NCBI GenBank assembly: GCA_963813535.1
Contig: CAWEZH010000003.1
Location: 224,001 to 288,000 of the forward strand
Reading direction: 5' to 3'
DNA from: an uncultured Chloroflexia bacterium
GTDB lineage: Bacteria; Chloroflexota; Limnocylindria; Limnocylindrales; CSP1-4
Length of the DNA: 64,000 nt
Shown: positions 51,430 to 59,802 of the stretch, piece by piece
Layout: every line of letters starts with the position of its first letter
Numbering within the stretch: position 1 is the first letter of the stretch
Made by a program: the position numbers and the translations under genes
The notes under the pieces: generated by a model
What the model was told of the DNA's origin: nothing
What the model saw: the letters and a program-made list of their open reading frames with translations, nothing else
Databases searched by the model: none

Positions 51430-51499
51430 GCGTTGCCCCCTGCGCGCGGTCGCTCACGCACGTCACAGTGCGCTCGCTCTCGTGCTCGGGTGCGCCTTC
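51430..51499 (-). repeat. Structured intergenic repeat, copy B
   Basis: Reverse complement reads GAAGGCG..CGAGCAC...AGCGAGCGCACT....GTGCGTGAGCGA....GCGCA...CAACGC, as at 25776-25843. Confidence 0.7.
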
Positions 51500-51529
51500 T
51501 CCGGCGACGCCCAGCAGGCGCTGAGGGTC

Positions 51530-51964
51530 CTACTGCACCCGCAGGATCGTCTTCGCTTCGGACCAGTGCTTTTCGAGACCGTAGTAGTCGCGCTCGGGTG
51601 GCGTGAAGATGTGGACGATCACCGACCCATAGTCGAGCAGCACCCAGTGCGACGCGGCCGTTCCCTCGCGGCCGATGGGCCGCACCTTCTCGTCGCGCAG
51701 GGCCTCGACGATGCCGTCCGCGATGGCATCGAGCTGCCGCTCGGACCCGCCGGAGCAGATCACGAAGTAGTCGGCGAGGGTCGTCAGGGGCGCGAGCTCC
51801 AGGACGACCATGTCGGCCGCCTTCTTGTCCTCGGCCAGCTCGACGACGCGGCGGGCGAGATCGAGCGCCTCGCGCTCACTGCCCTTGACGGCCGCCTTCT
51901 TGGCTCGTCGCGGCAAGCCGTCGGCCTTCGGCGCGACGGCGTTCGGGAGCGCGGGGTCGGTCAC
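51530..51964 (-). CDS. rsfS: Ribosome silencing factor
   Basis: EDKKAAD, ADYFVICSG..RQ, WVLLDYG..VHIF..RDYYGLEKHW. Confidence 0.95.
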   Translation of the reverse strand: MTDPALPNAVAPKADGLPRRAKKAAVKGSEREALDLARRVVELAEDKKAADMVVLELAPLTTLADYFVICSGGSERQLDAIADGIVEALRDEKVRPIGREGTAASHWVLLDYGSVIVHIFTPPERDYYGLEKHWSEAKTILRVQ

Positions 51965-52599
51965 GATCGATGGTCCCTCCGTTGGTCCTGATAGAGGCCA
52001 TGGTCGCCGATATACGCCGCGACCGCATCCGGGACGAGGTAGCGGACGGAGCGTCCATCGGCGGCACGTCGCCGGATCTCCGATGCGGATAGGCGGATGC
52101 GCGGGCCGTCGAGGAAGGCGATGGCGGCAGGTGAATCGGGGAACTGCCGCGGGATGAGCTCCGGATCCGCGCTTTCGTGACCGTCGCGCGGGGCGACGAT
52201 GAGATCCGCCAGTCCGAGGATCCTGGCCGGCTCGTGCCAGGTCGGCAGCTCGTTGAAAGACTCGGCCGACAGGATCAACGCCAGGTGCTCGCCCGGGTCG
52301 GCGGCGCACAGCTCGGCGAGCGTGTCGACCGTGTACGACGGGCCGTCCCGGTCGACCTCGATGCGGCTGACCTCGAAGGCCGGGTTTCCCATCACCGCCG
52401 CCTCGACCATGGCGAGTCGATGGTCCACGGCCGTGATCGGCCGCCCCGCCTTGTGTGGGGGCTGGGCCGCCGGGATGAACAGCACGCGTCGCAGACCGAA
52501 CGTATCGCGCGCCGCCTCGGCGACGGCGAGATGGGCGACGTGGATCGGGTCGAAGGTGCCGCCGAACACGCCGGTCGCGCCACGGAGCCGATCGATCAC
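51961..52599 (-). CDS. nadD: Nicotinate-nucleotide adenylyltransferase
   Basis: GVFGGTFDPIHVAHL, PPHK, SYTVDT, SASEIR. Confidence 0.95.
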   Translation of the reverse strand: MIDRLRGATGVFGGTFDPIHVAHLAVAEAARDTFGLRRVLFIPAAQPPHKAGRPITAVDHRLAMVEAAVMGNPAFEVSRIEVDRDGPSYTVDTLAELCAADPGEHLALILSAESFNELPTWHEPARILGLADLIVAPRDGHESADPELIPRQFPDSPAAIAFLDGPRIRLSASEIRRRAADGRSVRYLVPDAVAAYIGDHGLYQDQRRDHRS

Positions 52600-53891
52600 G
52601 CGTCCTCCCAGGGCTGCGGCTCCCACTCGAGCTCGGAGCCGCCGATCCGGACCAGATCGCCAGTGGCCACGCCGGCCCGGCGCAGCTCCGCGTCGACACC
52701 CATGCGCGCCAGGTCGCGCTGGAAGCGCTCGGCCGACTCCTCGACATCGAAGTTCGTCTGCGCGGCGATCCGTTCGATGCGCTTGCCCCGGACCCGGAAG
52801 GCACCGTCGCGATCGCGCTCGACCACGAACCCGTCGACCATCGATTCGATGCGATGGACCACGACGCCCGACGGCTCCGGCGGCGCCTCGAGTTCCTCAG
52901 CGGATGGCAGCAGCTCGGCGACGCGGGCACGGAACGCGGCCAGCCCCTCCCCCGTGGCCGCGGCGATCGCGACGGCGTCCTGGCCCTCGGAGCCACGTGC
53001 CTTCGAGAAGGCGGGCCACGCCTCCTGGGCGCCGGGCAGGTCCATCTTGTTGAAAGCGACCAGCATCGGCTTCTCGAGCAGGGCCGGATCGTGCGCACGC
53101 AACTCGTCCCTGATGACGTCGAGATCCCATTCGGGGTCGCGCGACGAGCCGTCGATGACGTGGACGAGGACGCGTGTCCGTTCGACATGTCGAAGGAACG
53201 CGTGCCCCAACCCGGCCCCGCTCGATGCACCTTCGATCAGGCCGGGAACGTCGGCGATGCTCGGCCGTCGCTCGTCTCCCTCCTCGAGCTCCATGACCCC
53301 CAGGTTGGGTTCGAGTGTCGTGAAGGGATAGTCGGCGATCCTGGGCTGCGCGGCGGTAACGGCCGCGAGCAGGGTCGACTTGCCGGCGTTCGGCAGCCCG
53401 ACGAGACCGATGTCCGCGATCAACCGGAGCTCCAGCCGCAGCCAGCGCTCGACGCCGGGTTCGCCCTTCTGGGCATGCTTGGGCGCCTGGTGGGTGGCGG
53501 TCTTGAAATGGGTGTTGCCAAGCCCGCCCCGCCCGCCGCGGGCCACCATCACCTGCTGACCGGTCGCGACCAGGTCGGCCAGGAGCTCGCCCGACTCGTC
53601 CTCGAGCACGGCCGTGCCCGGTGGGACGTCGAGGAGGAGGTCGTCGCCGGCCTTGCCGTGCCGTCGCGACCGTGTGCCTCGACCACCTGACGTCGCCTTG
53701 AAGTGGTGCTTGTACTGGAAGTCCCGAAGCGTGGTCTGGCCCGGATCGACCCTCAGGTGCACCGAACCGCCCCGGCCACCGTCACCGCCGTCGGGTCCAC
53801 CGCGCGGCACGTGCGCCTCCTTGCGGAAGGTCGCGGCCCCGTCGCCACCATCACCGGCGCGGACCCAGATCTTCACGCGGTCGAGGAACAT
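52596..53891 (-). CDS. obgE: GTPase ObgE
   Basis: GGPDGGDGGRGG, GLPNAGKST, ADYPFTT, DVPG, NKMD; start moved to ATG 53891. Confidence 0.98.
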   Translation of the reverse strand: MFLDRVKIWVRAGDGGDGAATFRKEAHVPRGGPDGGDGGRGGSVHLRVDPGQTTLRDFQYKHHFKATSGGRGTRSRRHGKAGDDLLLDVPPGTAVLEDESGELLADLVATGQQVMVARGGRGGLGNTHFKTATHQAPKHAQKGEPGVERWLRLELRLIADIGLVGLPNAGKSTLLAAVTAAQPRIADYPFTTLEPNLGVMELEEGDERRPSIADVPGLIEGASSGAGLGHAFLRHVERTRVLVHVIDGSSRDPEWDLDVIRDELRAHDPALLEKPMLVAFNKMDLPGAQEAWPAFSKARGSEGQDAVAIAAATGEGLAAFRARVAELLPSAEELEAPPEPSGVVVHRIESMVDGFVVERDRDGAFRVRGKRIERIAAQTNFDVEESAERFQRDLARMGVDAELRRAGVATGDLVRIGGSELEWEPQPWEDA

Positions 53892-53953
53892 CGGGGCCAT
53901 TCTCCCACGCGAGGCTCGGAACTCCGGTCCTGGCGCTGCTGCCTGGCGGCATT

Positions 53954-54094
53954 GGAACATGACGTGTTCCGTCCGACCGGCGAACGGGGCTTTATCGGTC
54001 GATCGGAACATGGGGTGTTCCAGATGACCGCTAGAACGGGCTATTCGAGAGCTCAACGAGCCTTTCGCCGGTCGCTTGGAACATGTGATGTTCC
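53954..54094. repeat. Three GGAACA-N5-TGTTCC palindromes upstream of obgE
   Basis: Copies at 53954-53970, 54005-54021 and 54078-54094. Confidence 0.8.
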
Positions 54095-54205
54095 AATTGC
54101 CGATGACGCGGTCGGATCAGGCCGTTTCCCGGGCTTGGACGTGTGGCTTCGGGCTCGCGCGGGGCCCTAGGTCCGCACTGAGCGGCCCGACCGGGCCGTC
54201 AGCGA

Positions 54206-55756
54206 CTACAGGAACGCGAGCGGGTTGATCCGGGTCCCGCCGTCCCAGATGCGGCCGCGCCACACCTCGAAGTGGAGGTGCGAGCCGGTCGCGAAACCGG
54301 TCGCGCCCATCCGGCCGACTCGCTGGCCGCGCCCGACGCTTTGGCCGCGCCCGACCGAGACGCCCGACATGTGGTTGTACGTCGTGTACAGACCGGAGCC
54401 GTGAGCGACCCACACCTGGTACCCGCCACCGTTGTTCTTCCAGCCGGCGAAGACCACCGTCCCGGCCGCGGCGGAGAAGATGGGGTCGCCTGTCGAGCCG
54501 TCGATATCGATGCCGTAGTGCCCGTAGTGGAAGTACTGGCTGATGTGGTGGCTCGAGGTCGGCCATGCCATCGACCCGCCGTTGTAACGAGCCGGCGGCC
54601 GCACCGAGCCTCCACCCGTTCGCGGACGGCTGGGTCGAGAGACCAGGCTGGTCGAATGCTTGCGGGCCTTGGGTTCCTTGATCTTCGCGCCTCGGGCGCC
54701 CGGCAGCACCAGCACCTGGCCGACGACGAGGTTGCGGTCATCGAGCTCGTTCGTCGTCAGGATCTCCTGCTCGTTGACCTTGAACCTCGTGGCCAGGCTG
54801 GTCAGCGTGTCGGCCGGCGTGACCGTGACGACGAGGCCGTTGACCGGCGGGATCCGGAGCTGCTGCCCGATGTGGAGCTGGTCCTTCGCCTCGAGCTTGT
54901 TTGCCCACCACAACGTCATCATCTCGATGTCGAAGCGGTTGGCGATCGTCGAGAGCGTGTCGCCCGACTTGACCTTGTAGCTCCGAAGCAGATCGCTGCC
55001 GTCCTCGACCTTCGTGTCGACGGCGACAGGCTTGAGCAGCGTTCCGTCCTCGAGGAACGGCCCGTCGACCTTCGTGGCCGCGCTCGCCAGGGCGGCCGCG
55101 ATGCCTGCGCGGTTGAGCGCATCGACATCGGTGATGGCGTATCGATCGACGACGGGCTCGAGGTCGGGATGGGCGATCGAGCCGACGGCACCACCCTCGG
55201 TCTGGTGAGGGGCGTCCGTGACGTAGTCCTCTTCGACCGACGCGACGCCGTCATCGTCGATCGATCCCGCGATCGCGAGCCGCGGACCCGGCCCATCACC
55301 TGACGGACCCCCGGTGTCGCCTCGTGGGCCGCCGGGGGTCACGCTCATGAACGATGCGGTCAGCAGGATGCCTGCCGCAGCGATGGCCACGATCCGTTCA
55401 TGGCCGATGCCGAGCATCAGCCGGCGCATGAGGTGCGGGAAGAGGCGGATCGTCTCGCGCGCGGACGCCACCGAGAACGACACCGAGAACGACGATGCCC
55501 GAAGCGAGGACGCCCGGAACGATGACACGCGCAGGGACGGCCGATACAGCGTCAGCGACGGAAGGACGAACGTCCGGCGACGCCGTCGAGGGAGCGGGTA
55601 GAGATGTCGCGACGATGCGAGATAGCCGTATCGCGGACGCGAGACGCGCGCCGTGACCCGGGGGCGGGTCAGCTGCGGGAACGCGATCATCGAGTCGATC
55701 GAAGTTCGGCGCACGCGGCCAAGGACGCGCTGGACGCCGACCGACGCATTGAGCAA
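54206..55756 (-). CDS. M23 peptidase with two LysM domains
   Basis: YKVKSGDTLSTIA, VTPADTLTSLA, HYGIDI, YNHM, HLHFEV; one TM segment; AGGAG before the TTG start. Confidence 0.9.
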   Translation of the reverse strand: MLNASVGVQRVLGRVRRTSIDSMIAFPQLTRPRVTARVSRPRYGYLASSRHLYPLPRRRRRTFVLPSLTLYRPSLRVSSFRASSLRASSFSVSFSVASARETIRLFPHLMRRLMLGIGHERIVAIAAAGILLTASFMSVTPGGPRGDTGGPSGDGPGPRLAIAGSIDDDGVASVEEDYVTDAPHQTEGGAVGSIAHPDLEPVVDRYAITDVDALNRAGIAAALASAATKVDGPFLEDGTLLKPVAVDTKVEDGSDLLRSYKVKSGDTLSTIANRFDIEMMTLWWANKLEAKDQLHIGQQLRIPPVNGLVVTVTPADTLTSLATRFKVNEQEILTTNELDDRNLVVGQVLVLPGARGAKIKEPKARKHSTSLVSRPSRPRTGGGSVRPPARYNGGSMAWPTSSHHISQYFHYGHYGIDIDGSTGDPIFSAAAGTVVFAGWKNNGGGYQVWVAHGSGLYTTYNHMSGVSVGRGQSVGRGQRVGRMGATGFATGSHLHFEVWRGRIWDGGTRINPLAFL

Positions 55757-56000
55757 TACGGTCTCCTGACGTGAGGACGAGCCCGGGCGCGTGAGGGGTG
55801 GATTCTGCGCTGGGAGGGGGCTAACGGCCCGTCCGGGGTCGCGGTATCGAGCTGGGGGTCTCTCTTCGCGGCCGCGTCCGACATCACGCCGGACTTACGA
55901 CATCGCGGCGAAACGTACCACGCACGGAACGGCCGTGGCAAACACGGAGGTTATCGATCGTGCGATTCCGTGGCGTCGACGCATCGGCCTCGAAGGCCGC

Positions 56001-57386
56001 TCAAGCGTCGAGATTCTTGGTGAGCGAGGCCAGGAACTCGGCGTTCGACTGGGTCTTCGAGAGCCGGTTCAGCAGGATCTCGATGCCTTCGTTGGTGCCG
56101 ACGGCCGACAGCATGCGGCGCATCGTCCACACCATCTTGAGCGTGCCTTCCTCGAGCAGGAGCTCCTCGCGACGCGTTCCGGACCGCTGCACGTCGATCG
56201 ACGGGTAGATCCGCTTCTCGGCCAGCTTCCGGTCGAGGATGAGCTCGGAGTTGCCGGTGCCCTTGAACTCCTCGTAGATGACGTCGTCCATGCGCGAGCC
56301 CGTATCGATCAGGCACGTCCCGATGATCGTCAGGGACCCGCCCTCCTCGATGTTGCGGGCGGCACCGAAGAAGCGCTTGGGCGGATACAGGGCGATCGGA
56401 TCGAGACCGCCCGACAGGGTCCTGCCCGATGGCGGCAGCGCCAGGTTGTAAGCACGCGCCAGGCGCGTGATCGAGTCGAGCAGGATGACGACGTCGCGAC
56501 CGGTCTCGACCTGGCGCTTGGCGATCTCGAGCGCCATCTCCGCGACGTGCGTGTGGTTCTCGGTCGGCTCGTCGAACGTCGACGAGATGACTTCGCCCTT
56601 GACGCTGCGGCGCATGTCGGTGACTTCCTCCGGACGCTCGCCGATGAGCGCGACCATGAGGAGGATCTCCGGGTAGTTGGCGCTCACGCCGTTCGCGATC
56701 TGCTTGAGGAGCATCGTCTTGCCGGCCTTCGGCGGGCTGACGATCAGGGCGCGCTGTCCCTTGCCCAGCGGGTTGACGAGGTTGATCAGCCGCTGGCTGA
56801 GGTTCTTCGAGTCGGTCTCGAGGTTGATGAGCTCGTCGGGATGGACCGGTGTCAGGTCGGCGAAGACCGGACGCCGCCGAGCGGTGTCGGTATCGACGCC
56901 GTTGACGCTGTCGACCCGGAGCATGCCCCAGTACTTCTCCGCCTCGCGTGGTGCGCGCACGGCGCCCGAGATTCGGTCGCCGATGCGCAGGCCGAAACGA
57001 CGGACCTGGCTCGAGCTGACGTAGACGTCCTCCGGGCTCGGCAGCAGGCCGTGTCGGCGCATGAAGCCGAAGCCTTCGTCGACGATGTCGAGGATGCCGG
57101 TCGCGTAGGCGTGCCCGGCGCGCTCGGTCTGCTTCTGGAGGATGCCTTCGACGAGGTCATCCTTGCGGTCGGCCGAGGCCGCCTCGACCTCGAGGTCGCG
57201 ACCGACCTGGCGGAGCTCGGCGACGCTCATCTCGCGGAGGTCGCTCACATCGAGGTCGTTGCGCTCGCGCGCAGCCTCGAGCTCCTGCTGCTCTTCGAAT
57301 TCGCTGACGGGGGCGCGAAACGACGATTGGCCGCGTCGTCGCGGACGGCGGTTGCGAGACCGCTGGTCGGGGCCTGGTGCGGGCAT
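56001..57386 (-). CDS. rho: Transcription termination factor Rho (start uncertain)
   Basis: GFGFMR, DVYVS.SQVRRFGL, GKGQRALIVSPPKAGKT, LDSITRLARAYN, EEFKGTGN. Confidence 0.97.
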   Translation of the reverse strand: MPAPGPDQRSRNRRPRRRGQSSFRAPVSEFEEQQELEAARERNDLDVSDLREMSVAELRQVGRDLEVEAASADRKDDLVEGILQKQTERAGHAYATGILDIVDEGFGFMRRHGLLPSPEDVYVSSSQVRRFGLRIGDRISGAVRAPREAEKYWGMLRVDSVNGVDTDTARRRPVFADLTPVHPDELINLETDSKNLSQRLINLVNPLGKGQRALIVSPPKAGKTMLLKQIANGVSANYPEILLMVALIGERPEEVTDMRRSVKGEVISSTFDEPTENHTHVAEMALEIAKRQVETGRDVVILLDSITRLARAYNLALPPSGRTLSGGLDPIALYPPKRFFGAARNIEEGGSLTIIGTCLIDTGSRMDDVIYEEFKGTGNSELILDRKLAEKRIYPSIDVQRSGTRREELLLEEGTLKMVWTMRRMLSAVGTNEGIEILLNRLSKTQSNAEFLASLTKNLDA

Positions 57387-57667
57387 CTGTTCGGGGTCAC
57401 CTGGGTACGGAGGCGGGACGGACTCGACGGCCGTGGGGCCGGGTCCGATCGCTTGGGGGCCGAGCTCGGATGCGCGCGGAATCGCTGCCGCGGCGCGGGT
57501 ACCGGTCGGGATACGCGGAGCATAGACCTGCCGACGACGGGTCGTCAACGACGTTCGGGCACCCGGTCGTACTACCCGAACCGGCCCATCGTGTCGATCG
57601 GGCACCGGTCCTCGCACATCGATACGGTCTCGGCGAGGATGGACAGCCACACGAAGGGAGATCGCGC

Positions 57668-58093
57668 ATGCGGACCGGCCTCGGTATCGACGACCTCGGC
57701 GACCTGCTCGAACGGCCGCTCATCGCGGTGCTCGCGACGCGCCGGGCGGACGACTCGATCATGCTCTCGCCGGTCTGGTTCGAATGGCACGAGGGCGGGA
57801 TCAACATCTGGGTGCCGACGCCCGAGGGCGGCAAGGTCGGACACGTCCGCCGGGACCCACGCGTCACGGTCGTCGTAGCGACCGGCGACTGGCCGTATAA
57901 GGGCTTCGAGCTGCGGGGCGAGGCGACCGTGTCGACCGAGCCGGACGACTTCTACGGCGCATTGCGTCGGACCGGTCTCCGCTACAGCGGGCCGGAGGCT
58001 GCCGAACGCATGGTGTCCGAGTACGCGCCCGGTGCCGTGATCCGTCTCGAGCCCGGCACCATTCGGGCCTGGGACTACGAGGACGAGGCCTGA
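57668..58093 (+). CDS. PPOX-class (possibly F420-dependent) split-barrel oxidoreductase
   Basis: AVLATRRAD..SPVWF, KVGHVRRDPRVTV, ELRGEA. Confidence 0.82.
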   Translation: MRTGLGIDDLGDLLERPLIAVLATRRADDSIMLSPVWFEWHEGGINIWVPTPEGGKVGHVRRDPRVTVVVATGDWPYKGFELRGEATVSTEPDDFYGALRRTGLRYSGPEAAERMVSEYAPGAVIRLEPGTIRAWDYEDEA

Positions 58094-58138
58094 CCCAGCG
58101 CGAGCCATGACGTCCGGGCCGCGGGCTACGATGCGTGG

Positions 58139-58801
58139 GTGCCCGATCCCGATGCCGCCGCGGCCCTTCGACGCTCGCCGGTCGCCGACCTTATTCGGGT
58201 CCGGCGCCTGATCGCGATCCTGCGCCGCATCGAGCCGCAGTCCCGCCTGCTCGAGCTCGTCGCATCGCTGGCGGATGACGGCGTCCGCGTATTCGAGATC
58301 ACGTTCGACGCGCCGAGCGCGCCCGACGATCTCGTGGCCGTCCGCGACCGGTTGGCCGAGATCGGGCGGGGTGATGCGATCGTCGGAGCCGGGACCGTGC
58401 GGACGTTGGAGGTGCTGGACCGGGCGACGGAGGCTGGGGCCGCCTTCATCGTCGGCCCGACGCTGGACCCAGCCGTCGTGGACGGTGCGCTGGAACGCGG
58501 GCTGCCGGTCATCCCGGGCGCCTACTCGCCGACGGAGATCGCCCAAGCGTGGGACCGTGGCGCGACGTTCGTGAAGCTCTTCCCGGCGTCGAGCGTGAGC
58601 CCGGCGCACGTGCGCGAGCTGCGCGGTCCGTTCCCGGACGTCGAGCTGATCGCGACCGGCGGCATCGACGCCGCCTCGGCTCGCGACTTCCTCGGCGCTG
58701 GCTGCGTCGCGGTCGGCGTGGGGAGTGCGCTGGTGCGGGCCGACGCCGCGGAGCGGCAAGCGTTCGTGGCGGCCGCCATGGGATCCACGTGGCGCGACTG
58801 A
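58139..58801 (+). CDS. eda: KDPG/KHG (2-keto-3-deoxy sugar-acid phosphate) aldolase
   Basis: IAILR, FEITF, GAGTV, PGAYSPTE, VKLFPA, TGGI. Confidence 0.88.
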   Translation: MPDPDAAAALRRSPVADLIRVRRLIAILRRIEPQSRLLELVASLADDGVRVFEITFDAPSAPDDLVAVRDRLAEIGRGDAIVGAGTVRTLEVLDRATEAGAAFIVGPTLDPAVVDGALERGLPVIPGAYSPTEIAQAWDRGATFVKLFPASSVSPAHVRELRGPFPDVELIATGGIDAASARDFLGAGCVAVGVGSALVRADAAERQAFVAAAMGSTWRD

Positions 58802-59592
58802 CGGGACGGGTCGTCCTGATCACCGGCTCGACCGGGATCGCTGCGGCGACCGCCGAGCGCGCCGCCACGGAGAGGGCGTCGGTGTTCGTCGTCTCGAAGA
58901 CCGGGGAGCACGCCCGGACCCTGGCGGATCGACTCGAGGGGGCCGCGTGGGCCGCGGCGGACCTCACCGACGAAGCCGGAGTTGACGCGGCGGTGACGGC
59001 GGCCCTCGATCGCTTCGGTCGCATCGACGGCCTGTTCTCGGCGGTCGGCGGCAGCGGTCGACGATTCGGCGATGGGCCGCTGCACGCCGTGACCGCCGAA
59101 GCATGGGAGGCTACCGCCGCGCTCAACCTCCGGACGCAGGTCCTCGTGTGCGGTCGGGTCGTGCGCGCGATGCGCGAGCAACCGCCAGATCCGTCCGGGA
59201 TGCGCGGCTCCGTGCTCATCCTGGGCAGCGTCACCACGAGCGCCCCGGTGCCGGAGCTGTTCGGGACCCATGCCTACGCCGCGGCCAAGGGCGCGCTGAC
59301 CGCGCTGATGACTACGATGGCCGCGACGTACATCGCGGACAGGATCCGGGTCAACCTCGTGGTCCCGTCGCTCACGAGGACGCCGATGGCCACGCGCGCC
59401 GCGAACGACGCCCACATCCTGGAGTACGCCGCGCGCAAGCAGCCCCTGGCCGGCGCGATGCTCGACCCGGACGAGGTGGCCAAGGCCGCGATCTACTTCC
59501 TGTCCGACGAGTCGCGCGCGGTCACCGGCCAGTCCCTGGCGATCGACGGCGGATGGTCGGTCGTGTCGACCACTGCCGCACCATCGCCATGA
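58789..59592 (+). CDS. SDR-family oxidoreductase
   Basis: LITGSTGIA, FGRIDG, YAAAK, IRVN, VTGQSLAIDGG. Confidence 0.9.
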   Translation: MARLTGRVVLITGSTGIAAATAERAATERASVFVVSKTGEHARTLADRLEGAAWAAADLTDEAGVDAAVTAALDRFGRIDGLFSAVGGSGRRFGDGPLHAVTAEAWEATAALNLRTQVLVCGRVVRAMREQPPDPSGMRGSVLILGSVTTSAPVPELFGTHAYAAAKGALTALMTTMAATYIADRIRVNLVVPSLTRTPMATRAANDAHILEYAARKQPLAGAMLDPDEVAKAAIYFLSDESRAVTGQSLAIDGGWSVVSTTAAPSP

Positions 59593-59802
59593 CCGGCGAC
59601 CGCGGTCGAGCGGTGCGCACTGGCAACGCATATCGCGCCGATGTGGCGGAGAGTCGCTCGCCGGGTTGACGTTCGACCGACGCCGGACGTTAGCATCACC
59701 GCTGAGCGGTGCGCAGAGGGCGCAGCGCCCACCCGGGAAGCGTCAGAGAGCCAATTGGCCGTGCCGGCCGACGATGCCGCCACGGATGCGAGGGAGGTCG
59801 GC

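Noticed and set aside
51530-53230. 566-aa ORF ending in RsfS, suggesting a fusion
   Set aside because: The upstream part is an off-frame overlap with obgE and nadD; the real gene starts at GTG 51964
53954-54094. LexA boxes upstream of obgE
   Set aside because: The spacer between GAAC and GTTC is 7 nt, not the 4 nt seen at imuA and dnaE2
55757-56000. c-di-AMP or other riboswitch upstream of the LysM/M23 gene
   Set aside because: I could not match the conserved riboswitch motifs by eye; an Rfam scan would be needed
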